A stretch of 32,256 bases of DNA. It comes from Chiloscyllium plagiosum (Eukaryota). Below are positions 22,441 through 32,256 of the stretch, one piece after another. How positions within the stretch are numbered: position 1 is the stretch's first letter; every line of letters begins with the position of its first letter. Position numbers and translations under genes: made by a program. The stretch is from NCBI RefSeq assembly GCF_004010195.1, contig NC_057720.1, positions 9,181,593-9,213,848 of the forward strand, given 5' to 3'. Below the pieces are notes generated by a model. It was not told the origin of the DNA. It saw only the letters and a program-made list of their open reading frames with translations, and did not search any database.

Positions 22441-22735
22441 TCATAGAATCCCTACAGTATGGAAAGATGCCATTCAGCCCATCAAGTCCACACCAACCTT
22501 CCAAAGAACATCCCACTCAGACCTAGCACCCCCCAACCTATCCACGTAACCCTCCATTTCCCATAGCTAATTCACCCAATCTACACATCTTTGGACTGTG
22601 AGGGGAAACCGGAACACCTGAAGGAAACCCATGTAGACACAGGGAGAACATGTAAACGCCACACAGACAGCTGCTCAAGATGTAATTGAACCCGGGTCCC
22701 TGGCGTGTGAGGCAGCAGTGCTGGCCATTTCTCCT
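22441..22735 (-). mobile_element. HE1 SINE
   Basis: catagaatccctacagt tail, V-domain and head aattgaacccgggtccctggcgtgtgaggcagcagtgct. Confidence 0.92.
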
Positions 22736-22984
22736 CCTCCATTACTCCGAACCTCCACATCCCACAGTTACTCATTTTTACTGGTCAGGCAGCTGAACGA
22801 CCTTGTCCCACAGACCAATATGACATTGACAACTTGGTCCCCAGGAAGGCAAGAAATAAGGTAGAGTCCTGTTGAATGCTAAGATCAATGCCAATTTGGC
22901 CATTATCACCATAACTAATGTCCTTAATTCCACCCTTTTTCAGTTGTCTGAGAGTGTATCCTGTCGTTTTCAGTATCCTGTAGC

Positions 22985-23080
22985 ATTTTTGGCTCTTGGC
23001 CAGAGGATTGTGGTGTCATGTACCCACAATCTGATGCTTCAGTGCAAAACTAGGGAGTGCTGCATGTTGGAAGCTCAAAT
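22985..23080 (+). mobile_element. SacSINE1-like 5' fragment
   Basis: cttcagtgcaaaactagggagtgctgcatgttggaag. Confidence 0.5.
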
Positions 23081-23145
23081 TCTACACTGTTGGAGTACCA
23101 CAGAATTGTGTTGAAATGTGGAAAGAGACCATTCAGCCCATCAGT

Positions 23146-23285
23146 TCTGCCATCCTCACCTGCTCTGGTCAAAATCTGATTCCAAATCCATCACAATGCA
23201 GTTGTTTTCTCAGCTGGCCTCTGGGCAATTAGAAATGTGCAATTAACTCTGGCCTGGTCAGATGCCCATGAACAAAGTTTTCAAA
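23146..23285 (+). mobile_element. Second SINE family, 3' portion
   Basis: tctgccatcctcacctg...cctctgggcaattagaaatgtgcaattaactctggcctggtcag resembles the reverse complement of 3660-3741 and 4290-4339. Confidence 0.6.
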
Positions 23286-23678
23286 AATGATATGCTTCAC
23301 TAACAGCTCTTTCACCCTGTCCTTCTAAATTTCATGACATGTGCACACGTACACCCAGGTAACTCTGTTCTTATATCCTCTTCAGAGCTGTACCCAACAA
23401 TGTTCTGAGCTGTACGGCTCCATGCCTGCAGCCATTCAAAGGTTTAGCATGGGGTGAATGGCCCCAACATAACGATCGCATCATTACCCTTTGGTCTGGA
23501 AGTCACCACCTCACATAGATCTCGCATGTCCTGAAACGCTGGCTGTGCCCTTTCTTTTTTTATTGTCTCCGTAAGGCTTTCCAGTCAAATGTATCACCTC
23601 ACATATCTCCACATTAAACACCTATCAGCCCACTCCACCAACTTGCCTTTTGAAGTTCCACACTAGCCTTCTGACACT

Positions 23679-23972
23679 GGGGTGGACAAGGTGGCTCTGT
23701 GTTTAGCACTGCTGCCTCACAGCGCCAGGGATCCATGTTCGATTCCACTCTTGGAGTTTGTATATTCTCCCTGTGTCTGCATGGGCTTCTTCTAAGTACT
23801 CCAGTTTCCTCACACAGTCCCAAAATGTGCAGGTTTGGTGGATTGGCTATGGGAAATGCAGGGTTACAGAATAGGGTATGGGGTTGGATCTGGGTGGGAT
23901 GCTCTCCAGAGGGTTGGTGTGGGACTTGTTGGGCTGAATGGCCTGCTTCCCCATTGTAAGGATTCTGTGATT
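23679..23972 (+). mobile_element. HE1 SINE
   Basis: Head ttagcactgctgcctcacagcgccagg, B box gttcgattcc and HER1-like tail. Confidence 0.92.
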
Positions 23973-23977
23973 TGGAA

Positions 23978-24070
23978 GGGTCAACTAACTTTGATTTCTC
24001 CTCACAGATGCTGCCAGATCTGCTGAGTTTTTCCAGCATCTTCTGTTTTTGTTTCTGATTTGCAGCATCT
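23978..24070 (+). mobile_element. Penelope-tail fragment
   Basis: cacagatgctgccagatctgctgagtttttccagcatcttctg matches 19470-19540. Confidence 0.75.
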
Positions 24071-24071
24071 C

Positions 24072-24522
24072 AGGTAGCACAGTGGCTCACTGGTTAGCAC
24101 TGCTGTCTCACAGTGCCAGGGATCCAGGTTCGGTTTGACCTTCAGGCAATTGTCTGTGTGGAGCCTGCACATTCTCCCCATGTCTGTGTGGGATTCCTCT
24201 GGGTAATCCAGTTTCCTCAAACAGTCCAAAGATATGCATTGGCCATGCCAGATTTTCCTTGGTGCCCAGGGATGTGCCAACAGGTTATGGTGAGTGGGTG
24301 GGTAAGTGGAGCTGAGGTCACGAAAGGATCAGCCGTGATCTTATTGAATGGTGGAGTGGGCTCAAAGGGCCAGATGGCCTACTGCTCCTAGCTCTTATGT
24401 TCTTCTGATTAGGTGGGTTAGCCATTGGAAATGCAGGGTTCCTGTGCTCGGGTAAGTTCTTTGGAGAGGTGGTGTGAACTTGATGGGCTGAATGGCCTGT
24501 TTGCATACTGTAGAGGCTTTAT
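24072..24522 (+). mobile_element. HE1 SINE interrupted by a CR1 3' end (about 24280-24404)
   Basis: HE1 head and V-domain at 24072-24276, CR1 terminus ending tcttatgttctt, then HE1 resumes at attaggtgggttagccattgg. Confidence 0.82.
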
Positions 24523-24589
24523 ATTCCATCTTTTGTGTGCAGCAGTAAACCAAGCCCTCTGACTTTATGACTCCATGACTCTACCTTTT

Positions 24590-24820
24590 CAGTAGCAATA
24601 CTTGGGGAGAAGACCAGGGAAGTTCGCCGTGATGTCCTGAATCATATTTAGCCTTCAAACTAATATCACAAGGTCAGATAATCTGGTCATAGTCATGTTA
24701 TGCCTTGCTTTATCAGCCTTGCTTTCCATGGATTGAGTGTTATTGATCCAACATTGCAAGAGTCAGGATGTTTCAGAAGTACTTTGTTCTGAGGTTATGA
24801 AAATGACTTTTCAAATGCAC
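24590..24820 (+). mobile_element. SacSINE1-like DeuSINE, 3' half
   Basis: gaagaccagggaagtt...tgtcctgaatcatatttagccttcaaac...cagataatctggtcat...ctgaggttatgaaa. Confidence 0.6.
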
Positions 24821-25573
24821 ATTGTTCTATAGCTTTACATTCTACCCAATTGCTTTAATTCCATCGGCATTTAGTTGGATGGCACTGCCCAGGAAACAAT
24901 GATGTTGGGGAGATGCTCCAGAATTGATTCAGGTCTGTGTACGCTCCTGCCTGTATTTTGTGGATCCACGCTAGTGTTGGAAGCCAAGCACAGAATCAGC
25001 TGCTAGCCTCTTTCTGCTCTCGATCTAGGTCACATTGCCAATGCCTTCCTTTGTCGTGTGACTTGAACGGCTTCAAGTAAAAATATCTTTCAGTATTCAA
25101 ACAATGTTCAAGCAGGAACATGGCCCAAATCCTGTCATCAGTGTTTGAAAGTAGCTTCAAAAGTTGGATCTCTGGCATGAGATCACAACTAACAGGATCT
25201 GTGGAATTTATCATTGTCATTTCTACATATATTTTAGATTCCCTTGATTCAGGGTCTCTTTGCCAATGTTGTATCCAGAATATAATAACGAGTGACTTTA
25301 AATGCCCTCGACTGAAATGAAATGCAGAAATCTGCAGGGAAGATTTCAGCTACAGCGTAGTGACTTTCATTAGCTACAAAGGGGCAGAGATGTCAGGACA
25401 TCGAAGGAGAGTGTCGCTTCTTTTGTTGGAAACAGTCCAAGTTCTGCTTGTTCTGTAACCCCCTGGAAAGGTAATCACGCTGACATCCAATTTTACTGCA
25501 TTTTTCCAACTGCCTTGTGGTGAACTATGCAGCACGTACTTTTTTTATTCGATCGTGAAATGTGGACAATGTT

Positions 25574-25830
25574 ATAGAGTCATAGAGTCAAAGAGATACA
25601 CAGCATGGAAACAGACCCTTTGGTCCAACCCGTCCGTGCCGTCCAGATATCCCAACCCAATCTAGTCCCACCTGCCAGCATCCGGCCCATATCCCTCCAA
25701 ACCCTTCCTATTCATATACCCATCAAAATGCCTCTTGAATGTTGCAATTGTACCAACCTCCACCACTTCCTCTGGCAGCTCATTCCATACCCGTACCACC
25801 CTCTGTGTGAAAAAGTTGCCCCTTAGGTCT
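25574..25830 (-). mobile_element. Young CR1/HER1 3' end inserted into an older LINE 3' end (25540-25572 and 25831-25945)
   Basis: LRGNFFTQRVVRVWNELPEEVVEVGTIATFKRHFDGYMNRKG; (ATAGAGTC)n tail; same subfamily as 1-248. Confidence 0.93.
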
Positions 25831-25979
25831 TGGCTGGCCCCATCACCGGTCAGCCTTGAGAATTTGGTAGAGAGCAACCTTCTTGAACTGCCACAGTCCA
25901 CGTGCTGTAGCAATGCCACTTTTGTCCAGGAATTTCCAGGAGGTGGTGAAAGGCAAAGATAGAATTTATAACTGACGGT

Positions 25980-26073
25980 GAGAATGCTGAAGAAACTCAA
26001 CAGGTCTGAAAGCATCTGTTATGAGAGAATGAGAGTCAATGTTTCAGGTCCAGTAGGACTCATCTTTAGAACT
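25980..26073 (-). mobile_element. Penelope-tail fragment with decayed hammerhead
   Basis: Minus strand reads ttctaaagatgagtcctactggacctgaaacattgactct, followed by the cagatgct...ctgttgagtttcttcagcat tail. Confidence 0.7.
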
Positions 26074-26096
26074 CAACATTTGAATGTTCCTCTAAT

Positions 26097-26305
26097 GTCT
26101 TAGCCCATTGGCTGGATGGCTGGTTCATGATGTACAGAGATGCCAACAGCATGAGTTTAATTCTCATACTGGCTGAGGTTACCATGACGGACTCTCCTTT
26201 CCAATCTCTCCACTTGCCTAAAGTGTGGTGACTCTCAGGATAAAACATCACCAGTTGACTCTCTGTAAAGGGAAGCAGCCCTATGGTCTGGTGAGTTTTA
26301 TATCC
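26097..26305 (+). mobile_element. tRNA-derived SINE (third family)
   Basis: gatgccaacagcatgagtttaattc...gtgtggtgactctcaggataaaacatca is shared with 6640-6815. Confidence 0.7.
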
Positions 26306-26468
26306 TAGCCAATTGCTAAGTGCCATTTTCAGTCCAAGCTGAGATTCATTGTTGGGCCAAACCAGGTCAGGATGGCGGGTATTAATGCACTAGTTGAGTT
26401 GCTAATGACAACCTAGAAGTTTTGAGCAGACAAGGTGGAGCTTAGTGTCACATCGTGCCATGTTAGGT

Positions 26469-26815
26469 TCATAGAATCCCTACAGTGTGGAAACAGGCCC
26501 TTCAGCCCAACAAGTCCACACCGATCCTCCGAAGAGCAACCCACCCAGACCCATTCCCCTATTACTCTACATTTACCCCTGACTAACGCACCTAACCTAC
26601 ACACCCCTGAACACTATGGGAAATTTAGCGTGGCCAATCCACCTAACCTCCACATCTTTGCTCTGTGGGAGGAAACAAGAGTACCTGGAGGTAACCCCAC
26701 AGACACAGGGAGAATGTGCTAACTCCACACAGACAGTAGCCCGAGGCCGGAATTGAACCCGGGTCTCTGCTGCTGTGAGACAGCAGTGCCAACCACTGAG
26801 CTATCGTGCTGCCCA
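26469..26815 (-). mobile_element. HE1 SINE, full length
   Basis: Tail catagaatccctacagtgtggaaacaggccc, V-domain, B box ggaattgaaccc and A box ccactgagct. Confidence 0.95.
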
Positions 26816-27276
26816 AAAGTGGGACTGTGAACTCATTGACTCTTAGTACCGACCCTACAAGGTCACATTACTTAATGTAGAACTGGGAAAATGTTCATGT
26901 CAACCAATGTTGTAAGTAGTAAATGTTACACCACCACTTTACTTCATACTGTGTAATACATCCACCAACTCAGAGAGAATGTTAGACAAACTGGATGAAT
27001 AATATAAGGAAGAAAAACCCCAAAACTTACAAATATCAGTTACCAGGCTGACTCATCTTGTAGAACTCAAAATGGAACTCCTGTGAGAGTAATACATTTA
27101 TTTCCGAGTGTTACGACTTTCGTTTCCTGTTTTTCTCCCTCTTGAGCAATATTTGTTTTCCAAGAGCACGTGAATCCCACAGTCCCGAGCTTACAAGTGA
27201 GCACAGCACCAGTTCGAGAATCGCTCATGGTAGTTCACCCAGGACTGAGTGGTTCTCTGCTTTTGAGAGGGCAGTA

Positions 27277-27750
27277 TTAGAGTCACAGAGATGTACAGCA
27301 TGGAAACAGACCCTTCTGTCCAACTCGTTCATGGTGAATAAATATCCTAAATGAATCTAATCCCATTTGCCTCCAAACCCTTCCTTTTCATATACTCATC
27401 CAGTTGCCTATTAAAAGTTGTAATTTTACCAGCCTCCACCACTTCCTCTTTGACAGTATTTTAGATTGGAATGGTGTGCAGGGGAATGGGGACAAAACAA
27501 GCAAGCGGCACTGATTAATCAAGCTGGTATAGGCATGATGGGCCAAATGGCTTCTTTCTACACCTCAATCATTTTGTGACAGCACTCGTGTCTTAAAATC
27601 CAAACACAAAAGGTTCAGGTTCCAGGGTCATAGAGTCATCCAGCATAGAAACAGGCCCTTCAGTCCAACTTACACATGCTGATCAAGTTTTCCAAACCTA
27701 ATCAGTCTCATTTGCTTGTATCCCTCTCTACCTTTCCTATTCATGTAACA
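27277..27750. mobile_element. Cluster of three CR1 3' ends (27277-27450 minus, 27460-27580 plus, 27626-27750 minus)
   Basis: tacagcatggaaacagaccctt and catagagtcatccagcatagaaacaggccct termini; caggggaatggggac...gggccaaatggc. Confidence 0.8.
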
Positions 27751-28137
27751 GTCCGAAATAGACTGCTGCAAAGATGCAAGGCTGATGTTCAATGTTGCTC
27801 TACTGGAGACTCTCTATCAATTAAAATGTTAAACTGAAATGGAATCTGGTTGTGACATTGTTTGGGCTGGAGAGTCTACGAGAGAGCTTGTGCTACCTGG
27901 CCCTTTCCCTGGAATCTCGACCCATGATTATTTGTGCCACTGAGGAGTTAATGCCTTCTCCTAGAAAGACACCACCATAATTCCAATATCATAGAGAACC
28001 AACGCTACATGTTAAATAATGTGGGTTGGGATTTGTTTCCGGTAGATTAAGGGAAGAGGGGTCCACAGGGAGAGGAAGGGCGGGGGATACTGCCTTTATA
28101 ATTTACCCCCCATGTCCTGATGTCCCAGCAACACAAC

Positions 28138-28428
28138 ATCCTTCCTATAGCAGAGAATTCAGAAATGAATGCAGTATTCTAAAAGTACAGTCGCAATATG
28201 ACATCTCAACTCCAATACTCAATGCACTGACCAAGGAACACAAGCATTGAAAAGTGTGGTGCTAGAAAAGCACAGTGGGTCAGGCACTATCCGGGGAGCA
28301 GGAGAGTCGATAATTCGGGTATAAGCCCTCCAAGTCTTAGGAAGGCAAGCTTGCCAAATGTTTTGTGCACCACCCTGTCTACCCGCGACTCCACTTTCAA
28401 GGAATTATGCACCTGCACCCCGAGGTAC
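28138..28428 (-). mobile_element. CR1 internal fragment interrupted by a Penelope-tail piece (28246-28330)
   Basis: ctcaatgcactgaccaaggaa resumes at gaaggcaagcttgccaaatg. The insert gaaaagtgtggtgctagaaaagcac...cgggtataagccct matches the 29972 family. Confidence 0.8.
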
Positions 28429-28699
28429 ATCACAAAACAAAGCTTCAATGACCACTCCCACTAGCTTTTCCTTTAGGGTGATGTACATTGTTTCCTGATT
28501 AGGCAATGGTCCTTGAGTGGGTGGTGATGATGCGCAGTACTACTGCATTCCAAGGGATGTAAGTATGTCCACCATGTTGTGAGGGAGAGAGTTTGTGAAC
28601 TTTAACCCAGTGTGATCTGACCTTGGCATCAATTTTAAAAGTCTTCTCATCAAGTTTGAATCTTTCCAGAGCTGCACTCATCCACTTCAACCCTCCATC

Positions 28700-28965
28700 A
28701 ATCTACACAGCTCAAATTCTGAACCCTCACCCACTTCCAAACTTAGGGTCAATACAGGACAAAACGCAGCCACTAGCAGTGGATGGATATGGTTGAAGAG
28801 GCCAAATCTGGGGAACATAGAGATGCTGGGATTATAGGGCTGCTGCACATTGCAGAGATAGAGAAGGAGGAGGTCATAGAGGAACATGGAATCAAGATTT
28901 GGAATTTTAAAATTGAGGCCTTCAGCATCCACAAATCAAAGTAGACCAGGCAGTGGGTGAAAGGC
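28700..28965 (-). mobile_element. Probable decayed L2-clade LINE fragment
   Basis: LNFKIP...YDLLLLYLCNVQQPYNP resembles the L2 ORF2 C-terminus (FKIL...GLAPPYLxxLLQPY). Confidence 0.45.
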
Positions 28966-29434
28966 ACTATTGTGTAATGGGTATCCAAATTCATGATCAC
29001 GATGAGGTGCTTGTATTAAAATTACAGAAGGAAAGCAAGAGTCAGACAGCCACAATGCACTATGCAATGAATAGATTTAGGAATTTAATCTATTATTACA
29101 TAGTATATCAATTACAGTGTAAACAGTTTGAAATAATCATCATAAAAATATTTCCTGTGTTCCAGAAGAAATCTGATCTAAATCCATGCTTAAAAAATGC
29201 AATGAAGGGCAAGATTACTTTCACAATGGGCACATTCAAAGATTGGAATCTCGGCTTAATTGCACCTGACAGGATAATTAGGGTAATATCCGTTTATTTT
29301 TCTAAAGCAGAAAAGAACTGAGACAGTGGGCGTTATTTGCGAATTAGACAATTTAAGCCTAATCAAAATTAAAAGAATGAAAAATATAAAAGTTTAAGGT
29401 TGAAATCCTATCTGGGGTTGAAATCCTATCCTCT

Positions 29435-29700
29435 CCTTGCCAACATCCCATTCTTCACCTTTTGCAAATCTCAGTTCACCCCAAATTTCGACTCATCAAT
29501 CATCATTTGTTCACTGGTCTACATTAGCTTCTAATCTCCCAATGTCTCTGATTTAAAATGATCATCTTTATGTCTAAGTCCCTTCATGGCTTTGCCACTT
29601 TCTACTTCTGGAACTTTCTCCCCTCCTTACCTCTTGAAAGTTGGTTTCCTTCCTATTGTGACCTCTTATATACCCTTCGCCCCCATTCCCTGCATCCTAT
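29435..29700 (+). mobile_element. Probable decayed L2-clade LINE fragment
   Basis: ctacattagcttcta (LHWLP-like) and tttaaaatgatcatctttatgtctaagtcccttcatggctttgcc (FKMIIFMSKSLHGFA). Confidence 0.55.
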
Positions 29701-29971
29701 TATTTTAAGTTTTGTCTTAACATGTTAAAGATCTACACTCCCACACTATGCCTCTCTGCCTCTCCATCTTCTTGTTGCTATGTGAAAACAATTGTTAAGA
29801 CCAATTAGAATCAGAGTCATTGAGTTATACAGCACAGAAACAGACCACTCTGTCCAACTCCTGCACCGACCAGACATCCCAAACTGATCTAATCCCATTT
29901 GCCAGCATTTGGCCATATCCCTCTATACCCTTCCTATTCACATACCCATCCAGATGCCTTTTAAATATTGT

Positions 29972-30179
29972 AGCTGAAAATGTGTTGCTGGAAAAGCGCA
30001 GCAGGTCAGGCAGCATCCAGGGAACAGGAGAATCGACGTTTCGGGCATAAGCCCTTCTTCAGGGCTTATGCCCGAAACGTCGATTCTCCTGTTCCCTGGA
30101 TGCTGCCTGACCTGCTGCGCTTTTCCAGCAACACATTTTCAGCTCTGATCTCCAGCATCTGCAGACCTCACTTTCTCCT
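29972..30179. mobile_element. Palindromic short Penelope-tail element
   Basis: Perfect 84-bp inverted repeat (29972-30055 / 30061-30144), spacer TCTTC, roughly 35-nt 3' tail and direct repeat CCTTTTAAATATTGTA (29957-29972 / 30177-30192). Confidence 0.93.
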
Positions 30180-30664
30180 TTTAAATATTGTAATTGTACC
30201 TGTCTCTATCGCTTGCTCTGGCAGGTCGATCCATATCCATTCCATCTTTTGCAAGAAAAAGTAACCCCTCAGGTCCTTTTTAAATGTTTCCCCTCTCACC
30301 TTAAACCTCTAGGTTTGGAGTCCCCCACTGTAGGAAAAAGACCTTGGCTATTCACCGTGTCCATGCCCCTCATGATTTTATAAATCTGATAAGGTCATCC
30401 CTCAACCTCCGACGCTGAAGGTAAAACACCTAGTCTATTCAGCTTCTCCCTACAGCTCAAACCCTCCAATCCCGGCAACTTCCTCGTAAATCTTTTCTGT
30501 ACTCTCTCAAGTTTGACATCTTTGCTGTAGCAGGGAGATCAGAATTGCACACAGTATTCTAAAAGTTTCCTCATCAACATCCTTTACAGCCACAACAAGA
30601 CATCTCAATTCCTATATTCAATCCTCTGACCAATGAAGGCAAAAGTGCAAAATATCATATTAAT

Positions 30665-31158
30665 TTCCCTTCCCACTCCCATCTGAAATGACCATCCTTG
30701 GTCTCCTTCATTGCCACAATGAACCAAACCGCAAATTGGAGGAACAACACCTTATCTTCCACCTGAGCAGCTATAGCCCAGATAACTCAACACTGAGTTC
30801 TCCAATTTCAGATAACCTCCCTTCCCATCACCCATCTCCCTTCCCAGTCTCTCCCCCTGCCTTCCATCCCTCTGATTAACCCTTCCTTCCAACCACGAAT
30901 TGGATTCATTCCTCCCTTCGACCAACCAGGTTGTACCCTCCACCTGTGCTCACCTATCCCTACCTCACCACCCGGCTCCCGCCCTCACCCACACCCCCAC
31001 CCCCTATCTGCCGCTCTTCTTACACCCAACCCCAGTCCTGAAGAAGAGTTATACTCGAAATGTTGACTTCTCCACCTCCAGATATTGCCTGGCTCGCTGG
31101 ATCCTTCCAGTCTCCTGTCTGTCTACTTGGATTCCAACTTCTGCAGTTTTTTTGTCTA
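30665..31158 (+). mobile_element. Penelope-like element 3' portion
   Basis: MTILGLLHCHNEPNRKLEEQHLIFHLSS (GIY-YIG C-terminus), C-rich UTR, hammerhead at 31034-31068 and tail. Confidence 0.88.
31034..31068 (+). ncRNA. Minimal hammerhead ribozyme motif, near intact
   Basis: AGTC|CTGAAGA|A|GAGT-tat-ACTC|GAAAT|GTT|GACT: perfect 4-bp stems I and II. Confidence 0.7.
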
Positions 31159-31227
31159 CTTCACCACCCTGTCCACCTGCGACTCCACTTTCAAGGAACT
31201 ATGTACCTGCACCCCTAGGTACTTGCA

Positions 31228-31832
31228 ATCATAGAGTCATCCAGTCAGACAGTATGGAAACAGACCTTTCGGTCCAATCAGTCCATGCCGACCATAATCC
31301 CAAACTAAACTAGCCCCACCTGCCTGCTCCTGGTCCAAATCCATTCAAACCTTTCTTATTCACGTATCCATCCAAATGTCCTTTAAACATTTCAATTGTA
31401 CCCACATCAATCACTTCCTCTGAAAGTTCATTCCTTACACGAACCATCCTCTGTGTAAAAAAATTGTCCTCATGTCTGTTTTAAATCTCTCACCTCTCAC
31501 CTTAAAAATGTGCCCCCTCATCTTGAAATCTCCCATCCTCGGGAAACGACAACTATCATTAACTCTATCTATACCTCTCAGTATTTTGCAAACTTCTTTC
31601 AGATCACCTTTCAACTTCCTACGCTCCAGTGAATAAAGTTCCAGCATATCCAACCTTTCTTTATAACTCAAGCCTTCCATATCCAGCAACATCCTGATAA
31701 ATCTCTTCTGATACTTGATAATATTCTTCCGAAAACTGGGTGAATTGAACTGGACAGACTATTCCAGAAGAGGCCTCAGCAATGTCCTACCCAATCTCAG
31801 CATGACATCCCAAACTTCTGTACTCAAATGAC
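31228..31832 (-). mobile_element. 5'-truncated CR1 LINE
   Basis: ORF 31435-31692 (GLSYKERLDMLELYSLERRKLKGDLKEVCKILRGIDRV); aatcatagagtcat tail. Confidence 0.92.
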
Positions 31833-32000
31833 TCCACCAAACCAAGTTTCAATTAATTCTCCTGCTACCTCATTCTCTCAGTTAATGCCCATTCTATTGA
31901 TCATGGTTACGTAAAGCATATTTATGTTACTTATATTTCAATTGTGTGTAACTGTATGCAGTTGAAGAGTAATGATGGAGATTTTACTCAAAATCAAAGG

Positions 32001-32116
32001 TAGAGTCAGAGATGTACAGCACAGAAATGGATCCTTCGGTCCAACTCGCCCATGCTGACCCGATATCCTAAATTAGTCTAGTCCCATTTGCCTGCATTTG
32101 GCCTATATTCCTCCAA
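32001..32116 (-). mobile_element. CR1 3' end
   Basis: tagagtcagagatgtacagcacagaaatggatccttcggtccaac. Confidence 0.85.
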
Positions 32117-32117
32117 G

Positions 32118-32256
32118 AGGTAAAAACAATGACTGCAGATGCTGGAAACCAGATTCTGGATTAGTGGTGCTGGAAGAGCACAGCAGTTCAGGCAGCATCC
32201 AAGGAGCTTCGAAATCGACGTTTCGGGCAAAAGCCCTTCATCAGGAATAAAGGCAG
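32118..32256 (-). mobile_element. Penelope-like 3' end with intact hammerhead core (runs off the window end)
   Basis: Minus strand ATTC|CTGATGA|A|GGGC-tttt-GCCC|GAAAC|GTC|GATT (32213-32248), then ccttggatgctgcctgaactgctgtgctcttccagcacc...ccagcatctgcag. Confidence 0.85.

Larger units (their letters stand above)
29806..31222 (-). mobile_element. CR1 LINE 3' portion interrupted by two Penelope insertions
   Basis: Collinear CR1 pieces at 29806-29971, 30180-30645 and 31160-31222. Confidence 0.88.

Noticed and set aside
25238..25470. Possible exon between ttttag and gtaatc
   Set aside because: Stops in all three frames and no recognisable protein; a non-coding exon cannot be supported without RNA data.
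28953..29321. 122-aa ORF in AT-rich unique sequence
   Set aside because: No recognisable domain, splice context or coding-like composition.
29398..29430. Direct repeat GGTTGAAATCCTATC x2
   Set aside because: Only two copies separated by 3 nt; a local duplication, not a CRISPR array or satellite.
29972..30144. DNA-transposon MITE or miRNA hairpin interpretation of the palindrome
   Set aside because: The asymmetric 3' tail, long variable TSD and homology to Penelope ends indicate a retroelement origin.

Overview
Non-coding, transposon-dense vertebrate genomic DNA, most likely from a shark. The HE1-type V-SINEs, HER1/CR1 LINEs and SacSINE1-like DeuSINEs point to a cartilaginous fish; a bamboo-shark-like species is only a guess. 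No host exon could be supported, and the recognisable ORFs are relics of CR1 reverse transcriptase or Penelope GIY-YIG endonuclease. There is a 500-N scaffold gap at 15085-15584. The most informative signal is a set of more than ten Penelope-like (PLE) 3' ends from several families. Most carry an intact, decayed or truncated minimal hammerhead ribozyme motif (CUGANGA-N-stemII-GAAA-palindromic helix III), whose stems differ in sequence between families but keep their pairing. Five insertions have the inverted tail-out layout, in which one arm lacks about 30-35 nt of the 3' tail. One is a perfect 84-bp palindrome that folds back inside the ribozyme core. Hammerheads in PLEs are known in general; what may be undescribed here is these shark families and their short non-coding derivatives. 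Family names come from recalled consensus sequences, not from database searches, and boundaries are approximate.
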